From the NCBI GenBank assembly GCA_963638555.1, contig CAVHQU010000001.1, forward strand, positions 169,309-233,308: a DNA stretch of 64,000 nucleotides, written 5' to 3'. The DNA comes from a bacterium (GTDB lineage: Bacteria > Bacillota_I > Bacilli_A > RFN20 > CAG-826). The notes beneath the pieces were generated by a model. It did not search any database. It saw only the letters and a list, made by a program, of their open reading frames with translations, and had not been told where the DNA came from. A program made the translations under genes and the position numbers. This document shows positions 58,037-64,000 of the stretch, piece by piece. Position 1 is the first letter of the stretch. Each line of letters opens with the position of its first letter.

Positions 58037-58804
58037 TTATAATATTCCTAATTTTTCTAATGCAATTTTTGTGTTCTTAACGATATTTGAATCTTCGTTA
58101 AGAGAGAATACTGAATTGCCCTCAACATCCGAGAGCATCATTTCTTTGTCATCTGGAATTACGCTCAATAAGTTTAACGATTCGAGATTAAGTTTATTGA
58201 TATCTACTGTTTCGCTAACACGATTAAGAATCAATCCATCAGTTTCGTACATGACTAATTCTTTAGCAACCTTCTTTATCGTTTTTGTTACTTCAATGCC
58301 TTTCTTAGACGCATCGGAAACAAGAACTAGATGGGTGACCTTCTCCATTACTCTGCGATTAACTTGCTCAATACCCGCTTCACCATCAATAACCACATAA
58401 TCAAAATTATTGGCAAGAAGGCTTATTACTTCTTTGAGATAAGCGTTAACCTTGCAATAACATCCACTCGCTTCAGGACGACCTATAGCGAGGAAGGAGA
58501 TATTGTCTATTTCAACTAAAGCATCAAAGATTTGGTATTTTGCTTCGGAGAGAATTTCCAGAGCTGCTTTTGAGTCTCCATTCTCCGCATGTTCAATGAA
58601 TAACTTTCTTATATCATCTACCGTTGAAGATGAATTAACGCCTAACGCTGTCGCTAATCCAATGGCAGGATCAGCATCAATGGCTAAAATTTTCTTATCT
58701 GGATATTTTTCATGGAGCAATCTAACAGACAAGGCAGAAATTGAAGTCTTACCGACTCCACCTTTTCCACAAAAGGCTAATATAACTGGCTTACTCATAA
58801 TCAT
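58037..58804 (-). CDS. CooC/AcsF-type MinD-superfamily ATPase with CxC metal-binding motif
   Basis: Deviant Walker A 'FCGKGGVGKTS'; 'AIDADP'; 'GRPEASGCYCKVN' CxC motif characteristic of CooC-type nickel-insertion ATPases. Confidence 0.7.
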   Translation of the reverse strand: MIMSKPVILAFCGKGGVGKTSISALSVRLLHEKYPDKKILAIDADPAIGLATALGVNSSSTVDDIRKLFIEHAENGDSKAALEILSEAKYQIFDALVEIDNISFLAIGRPEASGCYCKVNAYLKEVISLLANNFDYVVIDGEAGIEQVNRRVMEKVTHLVLVSDASKKGIEVTKTIKKVAKELVMYETDGLILNRVSETVDINKLNLESLNLLSVIPDDKEMMLSDVEGNSVFSLNEDSNIVKNTKIALEKLGIL

Positions 58805-58995
58805 TTCTCATCTACATGGACAATAACGTATCCATCCACGAGGTTAGCTTTGGAGAGAATACCTTTTATTTCCACCTTTCTTTCCATCAAATCGGTGAAG
58901 ATTAATGAGTTTTGCTTCATTTCAATACTCATAACATTCTTCATCAAGATGTTTTTATCATCTATTTTGTCTTTATAAATCGTTGATAAACACAT
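58801..58995 (-). CDS. CooT-like small protein (N-terminal Met-Cys)
   Basis: 64 aa, begins 'MC', beta-rich, length and pattern resemble the CooT nickel-binding accessory protein; 4-bp overlap with CooC-like gene. Confidence 0.45.
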   Translation of the reverse strand: MCLSTIYKDKIDDKNILMKNVMSIEMKQNSLIFTDLMERKVEIKGILSKANLVDGYVIVHVDEK

Positions 58996-59005
58996 ATATG
59001 GTTCC

Positions 59006-59212
59006 TTATTTCTTTAATTCTTTCAAAGCCAATGAAAGAGATTTGTTGCCTTCCTCGAAAGAATTAATCGCATCTTCAACTTCTGCGTAAGCATCAGAAT
59101 TAACATCTTTTAAAGAATTGGCCAAATCTTGCAATTCTTCATTGTGATGTTCATTATGATTAATCATGTAATTAATGAGAGCAATGAGTTCTTCTTTATT
59201 GTTCGTTTCCAT
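59006..59212 (-). CDS. Small His-rich helical protein (68 aa), putative metal-binding
   Basis: 'MINHNEHHNEELQD' His cluster; first gene of the operon. Confidence 0.4.
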   Translation of the reverse strand: METNNKEELIALINYMINHNEHHNEELQDLANSLKDVNSDAYAEVEDAINSFEEGNKSLSLALKELKK

Positions 59213-59418
59213 AAAAATGACTCCAGGAATATATCATTATCATTTTATCGATAACTTTTTATCGAAATATACTTTATCACTTTCTGCCTTGCTTTATCAA
59301 GAAAATATCGAACTTTTTTGCGAAATTAGTACAGTTTAAAATGTTTGTTATTGCTAACCTTTTAAAAGGGGTAACCAGATCGCTAATAAATAAGTAAAAT
59401 ACTCAGGAGGTTTATTTT

Positions 59419-61194
59419 ATGAAAAAATGTTTAGGAATATTATTGTCAGGATTGTTTGTCCTTGGAGCGGTTTCTTGTTCAAATGAAACATCATCAAGCA
59501 GTCTTTCAAGTGAAGAATTGAGTCAAAAGAGCGTGAGCGTGTATCTAAATTCGCTTGATAAAACAGCTTCTGTAAATCTTCATTTCTATGATAAGGATGA
59601 ACAAATTCCATATATTGAGATGGATGATGCATTCAGGATCCGTAAAGCGTTATTTGATTCAGGAACAACTTATGAAACGCCAAATAAATCAACATACGAA
59701 ATAGCTAGAGACGGATCTCAATATACCGTCACGATTAACAAACGTGGAACGGCTACATTCGATATTGAAAATCAAACTCTAACAATTCCAAACTTGGGTT
59801 TAGTCCAAGCGTACTCATATAACGACACTCCATATGATATTTTATGCATGGATTCATCCTCTTCTTCGATTCATTATGTAACTCATCAGAAAAATGGCGA
59901 CAGTCTTAGAGCCTATGCATATATGGGCAATGAAATGGTTATTTCCCTTAAAGAATACAGCATACCTGTATATGAAAAAGATAATAAAGCGTATATTCCA
60001 TTAGATCTCTTCAACAACTTCTTTTTAAGCTATACGTATAACAATTTCGTCTATAACGGAGATGCTATATTTACATTCACCGGTCTTGATAATCCATCTG
60101 AAGAATATTTAAATAATTTCTATTTTTGTTCAAATGCTAAAAAGAAAAGAAGCAAAGAATTAGCTGAGTTCTCATACAATTCATTAATGCTCAACCTTAA
60201 TTACCAATACGGACTAAAAGAAAGACATTCATTTGGCGATTTTAGAAAAGAATTTAAAGATTTAGGATTAGAGGATTCTTTAAAATCCACAGACGAAAAA
60301 GAATACATGTCTGGCATATTTAAGTTTATTTACAACGCATTTGGCGATGGCCATTGTTCATTTCAAAGAAGAAGTCCATACTCTACAGCAAACATTTACG
60401 ATGAAGTAAGAGCATCAGCTAAGTCTTACGTCAATATTGGTTATGTTGAATTGATAAAATCATTAACTGAAAATGGAACATTCCGTTCTTCTGCCGCTGA
60501 AACAAATCCAGATTATGGAAAATGCTATTACGAAGACGGAGATACAGCCTATGTTAGATTTGATAAATTTTCTATGTTAAGCGAAATTCCAGATTATTAT
60601 CAAAACGCACCGACAGGTGATGAAACAGATCTATTTGGTGTAATTATATATGCAAATAAAAAGATTAAAGAAAACTCTGCAATTAAAAATGTTGTAGTTG
60701 ATATGGCCACAAACAGAGGTGGAGAAGAACCTTCATTAATATTTGCTCTCGGATGGTTATTAGGCAATGATGCAAGAGTTTCTCTTAAAAATCCTGTTAC
60801 TAACTGCGCATCAACCATTTATTACAATGCTGATGTAAATCTTGACGGGAAATATGATGTCACGAACGATACTCTTGAAGGATATAACAAATTCATTCTT
60901 ACATCTCATTCATCCTTCTCCTGTGGTAACGCATTCCCTTGTTTTGCAAAAGCTAGTGAAAAAGTAAAAATCATTGGTCAAACATCTGGCGGAGGAGCGT
61001 GTCAAGTTTTCCCTCTTGTGACAACGGATGGCACAGTAATCAATATTTCAGGCGGTGGAGTCCTATGTACAGAAAAGAACTCTCATTACGAGGACATTGA
61101 TGATGGCGCCACACCTGACTTCACTATAACCGAAACAGCGAACATATTTGATCGCGCATACACAACAAAGGTCGTTCATTCATTAGTTCTTTAA
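59419..61194 (+). CDS. Lipoprotein, S41 peptidase-like domain (paralog of 10666..12447)
   Basis: Lipobox 'LGAVSCSN'; 'AFGDGHCSFQ', 'TNRGGEEPSLIFALGWLLG', 'SFSCGNAFP', 'IIGQTSGGG' align with the paralog. Confidence 0.6.
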   Translation: MKKCLGILLSGLFVLGAVSCSNETSSSSLSSEELSQKSVSVYLNSLDKTASVNLHFYDKDEQIPYIEMDDAFRIRKALFDSGTTYETPNKSTYEIARDGSQYTVTINKRGTATFDIENQTLTIPNLGLVQAYSYNDTPYDILCMDSSSSSIHYVTHQKNGDSLRAYAYMGNEMVISLKEYSIPVYEKDNKAYIPLDLFNNFFLSYTYNNFVYNGDAIFTFTGLDNPSEEYLNNFYFCSNAKKKRSKELAEFSYNSLMLNLNYQYGLKERHSFGDFRKEFKDLGLEDSLKSTDEKEYMSGIFKFIYNAFGDGHCSFQRRSPYSTANIYDEVRASAKSYVNIGYVELIKSLTENGTFRSSAAETNPDYGKCYYEDGDTAYVRFDKFSMLSEIPDYYQNAPTGDETDLFGVIIYANKKIKENSAIKNVVVDMATNRGGEEPSLIFALGWLLGNDARVSLKNPVTNCASTIYYNADVNLDGKYDVTNDTLEGYNKFILTSHSSFSCGNAFPCFAKASEKVKIIGQTSGGGACQVFPLVTTDGTVINISGGGVLCTEKNSHYEDIDDGATPDFTITETANIFDRAYTTKVVHSLVL

Positions 61195-61210
61195 AATAAA
61201 AGGTTCCCAG

Positions 61211-61240
61211 CACTTACCGGGAACCTTTTTGATAAGGAAA
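61211..61240. terminator. Bidirectional terminator (ggttccc-agcacttac-cgggaacc-TTTTT)
   Basis: 8-bp stem between convergent genes. Confidence 0.7.
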
Positions 61241-61246
61241 TCGAGT

Positions 61247-61735
61247 TTATTCGAGGAGTCCTTTAATTGTTGTGCCTTTATAGGCAAATGTATACGAAGT
61301 TGAACTTGAAAAATCAACTGTGAATGCGACTAAAACATTTGGATGAGTTATAACTGTCGCATTTTCATCTATTGCATCAATTGTTGTTGTATCTGATCTC
61401 TTAGTTATATAAACCTTTTTGCCTTCAGTTCCAGCAGTGAATTGCCATCCATCAACAATTCCGTACGATGATGTTGTTTTGCCATCAATGGTAACCGTGA
61501 AATCATCTTTAGAAACTGTAACAGCTTTGCCAGTTCTATTTGCGACGCTAAATGTAGTTACGTAAATTGGTGTACTATCAGTTTCGCTAGCATTCATTTT
61601 TTGACAAAATTCACTAGATGTTGAATCGCTCTTTGAGAAAACTATATTTCCTGAATTTCCACCCATGCCATTACAGGAGGCTAACATTATCGGTAATCCA
61701 AGTAATCCGATCATCATTTTGATTGTTTTTTTCAT
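61247..61735 (-). CDS. Small lipoprotein
   Basis: Lipobox 'IMLASCNG'; 162 aa. Confidence 0.75.
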   Translation of the reverse strand: MKKTIKMMIGLLGLPIMLASCNGMGGNSGNIVFSKSDSTSSEFCQKMNASETDSTPIYVTTFSVANRTGKAVTVSKDDFTVTIDGKTTSSYGIVDGWQFTAGTEGKKVYITKRSDTTTIDAIDENATVITHPNVLVAFTVDFSSSTSYTFAYKGTTIKGLLE

Positions 61736-61962
61736 AATTCTTTTTCCTTATCTGAGAAGGTCTTTCCTTCTCGCATGGTTACATTATACACTATTCTGTA
61801 TCTTTGACAATAATTTTATGTAACATTTTATATTTTTTGTTATTTTTTTCTATAAATTAATTAACAAATGCATATAGAAACAAGGAATAATGTAAGAAAT
61901 AATTGCCTTCGTTTATAAAATAAACATTGAAAGTTTTTTAAATTTACGCATTATATCTAGGT

Positions 61963-63330
61963 ATGAAAAAATCTAATCTTATTTTATTAACATTACTTAG
62001 CACCACATTATTCTCATGCGGAGGAAACGATTCGTTAGATTCCACTGAATCCTCGTCAGCACAAGATGAAATCGTTGATGTTCTTCCTGATGGATATACA
62101 AATTCCGTCAAGGATTATTTGAAGGCATTAAAGAGCATCCACAACTACACAATCTCTGAAACGGTTTCTTCCACTGCAGCTACGTATGAAAACTATATTG
62201 TCGCCAAATATGATACAAAATCCTACTACTATGATTTCGGTTCAAATTCCTATGGATATATTCAATCCGACGATGGCGTGTATGCAGTTAACATCAAAAA
62301 TGACTCTTTAATTGGCGGAGAAATTTATCATGATGATGAAGGGAACGCTTATAAAGATTTATGGGGTCATGATTTCTTCAAAAGCTTTGCTTCATTAGAT
62401 GAGGAACAATTAGAAACAATTCCCGATGGAACAGTTGACGTATCTCTCAAAGGAAAGAAAAACAAACTAGCAATTCTTTCTATATTAGGGCTTGATTCGT
62501 CTTATTATGCAGGCATCGCATCAATGAAAGCGTCAATAAGTTCCAGCAACGCTTTAGGAATTAGCATCGAGATTGAAGATTCATCTGGTGCCACAATCAC
62601 AGTCGATTCAGTCGTATATGCTTTATTAACCACCAAAAACACGGAAATAGATGAATTCCTTGCCAATGGTGGAACATATTACGTTATCGACTCAGATTTC
62701 GCAAAAGCAAGAACTCTTATGAAGGGTAATAACTATACGCATAACTATTACTACAATAAGAAAATCGTTGGTGTTGAATATTTCAACGAGAACTACTACT
62801 TCGTCAACTGGGATTCATCCTATGTTGCTGAAACAGGCCAAATATTAGTTAATCAAGGCCTTATTGGCATCGATCATAAAAAAGATAGCAATGGCAATGC
62901 CTTAAATGGCGCATATCTTGTCACATTGAATAATGGTCAATTTAGCATAAGCCTCTCTTTCTATTACAATGAAGATCCAAACATTCCTACCGTATATCAT
63001 TACCCATCACTTATGTATATGTGGGACAATCCTGAATTCTTTGAAATGGATGAAACCCCATCAGATTTAGACGCATACTTCACAACCGATGACACCATCA
63101 TGATGAATAACTTCATTGAAAACTTCTCAATGTCTAGTCAAGTTGCTGACGTTAATGTCAGATCTCTCTCCATTGGTTGGAAAGATATTGAAGATGATTC
63201 AAACACCTCAAGAATTGTTCGTTTCTGCCTCTCGACAAGTGGAGGAGACGTCACTTATGATTTCTGCAATTTTGGAACGACAAATATCCCTGCATTCGAT
63301 TCGTTCTTAGCAGGTTTATCAGACCAATAA
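61963..63330 (+). CDS. Lipoprotein
   Basis: Lipobox 'TLFSCGG'; 455 aa. Confidence 0.8.
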   Translation: MKKSNLILLTLLSTTLFSCGGNDSLDSTESSSAQDEIVDVLPDGYTNSVKDYLKALKSIHNYTISETVSSTAATYENYIVAKYDTKSYYYDFGSNSYGYIQSDDGVYAVNIKNDSLIGGEIYHDDEGNAYKDLWGHDFFKSFASLDEEQLETIPDGTVDVSLKGKKNKLAILSILGLDSSYYAGIASMKASISSSNALGISIEIEDSSGATITVDSVVYALLTTKNTEIDEFLANGGTYYVIDSDFAKARTLMKGNNYTHNYYYNKKIVGVEYFNENYYFVNWDSSYVAETGQILVNQGLIGIDHKKDSNGNALNGAYLVTLNNGQFSISLSFYYNEDPNIPTVYHYPSLMYMWDNPEFFEMDETPSDLDAYFTTDDTIMMNNFIENFSMSSQVADVNVRSLSIGWKDIEDDSNTSRIVRFCLSTSGGDVTYDFCNFGTTNIPAFDSFLAGLSDQ

Positions 63331-63350
63331 AAACATTCAAAAATCATCGA

Positions 63351-63376
63351 AAGAGCGTACACGCATACGCTCTTTT
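63351..63376. terminator. Bidirectional terminator (agagcgta-cacgca-tacgctct-TTTTT)
   Basis: 8-bp perfect stem between convergent genes. Confidence 0.7.
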
Positions 63377-63435
63377 TTATTTTTCAAACAAAAAAGGCTA
63401 GGAATAAACCTAGCCAATTTTAGATCGATTAATGA

Positions 63436-64000
63436 TTAAGCATCGAGAGTGAACCATTCGTATTCAACGACATCATCCTCTTCTTCAGGATAGCCAATTA
63501 AATAGTTGGTATCAGTTGTATCTTGTCCACTCCATGTTGTTTCGCAAGCATAGAGACCAAGCAAACCATAATCTTCTAATGTTGAACCACCAATTTCAAA
63601 GCTTGTTAATGAATCACTTGTTGAAGAGCCATTGCCCGCATCAGCAAGTTTGAAGACCATTGAACCGCTATCGCCAATGCCATAGTAATAATAGAAATTG
63701 TATGTTGTGGTTCCAGTTAAGGTTAATGAGCCTTTCTTATACATGGTTCCGCCAATTTCTTTGCCATCATCAGCAGTGAATTTCATTGTTGCAGCAACGA
63801 ATGAACCTTCCATATAACGTGGGTCGGAGCTATTAACTTCTTCAGAGTAGTCATGAGCAGTCCATGTTGTGCCTTCAATCGAAGATGGGAGCAAGGATTG
63901 AGTTCCCGCCTTGACGGTAAGCTTAATCTCGCTAGAAACGCTGCTATCACGGCTATCTGTAACAGTTATTGTTTCAGTTAAGTTAGTATCTGTTGTAAGG
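63436..64000 (-). CDS. Surface protein, 3' portion (gene continues past the window end)
   Basis: Reading frame stays open upstream of the 63894 TTG to the window boundary (…TVTDSRDSSVSSEIKLTVKAGTQS…); Thr/Gly/Tyr-rich beta-type composition. Confidence 0.6.
   Translation of the reverse strand, partial: LTTDTNLTETITVTDSRDSSVSSEIKLTVKAGTQSLLPSSIEGTTWTAHDYSEEVNSSDPRYMEGSFVAATMKFTADDGKEIGGTMYKKGSLTLTGTTTYNFYYYYGIGDSGSMVFKLADAGNGSSTSDSLTSFEIGGSTLEDYGLLGLYACETTWSGQDTTDTNYLIGYPEEEDDVVEYEWFTLDA

Noticed and set aside
1-64000. Mycoplasma-type genetic code (TGA=Trp)
   Set aside because: Confidently identified genes (e.g. the 53549..54250 ORF, DUF4926-like gene) terminate at TGA where homologs end, and full-length conserved proteins are obtained with TGA as stop. 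This fits Acholeplasma/Erysipelotrichia-like standard code.
1-64000. rRNA, tRNA, IS elements, integrases
   Set aside because: Intergenic regions were scanned for tRNA T-loop (GTTCRANYC) and acceptor patterns and for transposase- or integrase-like ORFs, and none were found. Absence cannot be certain without tRNAscan/Infernal.

Overview
Low-GC (AT-rich) Firmicutes/Mollicutes-like chromosomal segment with dense, mostly co-directional coding. Long ORFs terminate at TGA as well as TAA/TAG, so the standard bacterial code (table 11) applies, not the Mycoplasma code. There are many 'MKK..L(A/G)(G/A/S)C' lipobox proteins with Ser-rich linkers, and clpB lacks its N-domain and sits behind a perfect CIRCE operator. 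This pattern points to an Acholeplasma/Anaeroplasma/Erysipelotrichia-type organism (inference). The housekeeping content covers Fe-ADH, ClpB, ROK glucokinase, UDP-galactopyranose mutase, GMP synthase, Ogt, aminopeptidase P, a Na/Pi cotransporter, a CDF transporter, a LytTR/HPK10 two-component pair and a GH3 glycosidase. It is interleaved with accessory-looking material, of which two loci stand out. (1) A minus-strand operon at ~53.5-59.2 kb encodes an HgdC-type activase plus HgdA/HgdB-like 2-hydroxyacyl-CoA dehydratase subunits. These are co-transcribed with a CooC-type CxC MinD-family ATPase, a CooT-like small protein, a His-rich small protein, a 2-TM peptide and a CxxC protein. An intact HypB-type Ni-GTPase lies elsewhere in the window. 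This is a radical-enzyme/nickel-chaperone-like combination that I do not recognise as a described system. (2) A tandemly duplicated two-gene module at 32.5-36.7 kb pairs a secreted ~525-aa protein (PPC-like beta-sandwich domain plus a C-terminal hydrophobic hairpin) with a ~160-aa 2-TM membrane protein. It is a candidate effector/immunity pair. Other points: a degraded toxin/immunity-like islet with frameshifted genes (45.7-48.3 kb), a soluble FtsH-like AAA-metalloprotease, a 3x23-bp tandem repeat, and several Rho-independent terminators. No rRNA, tRNA, CRISPR array, IS element or integrase was found.
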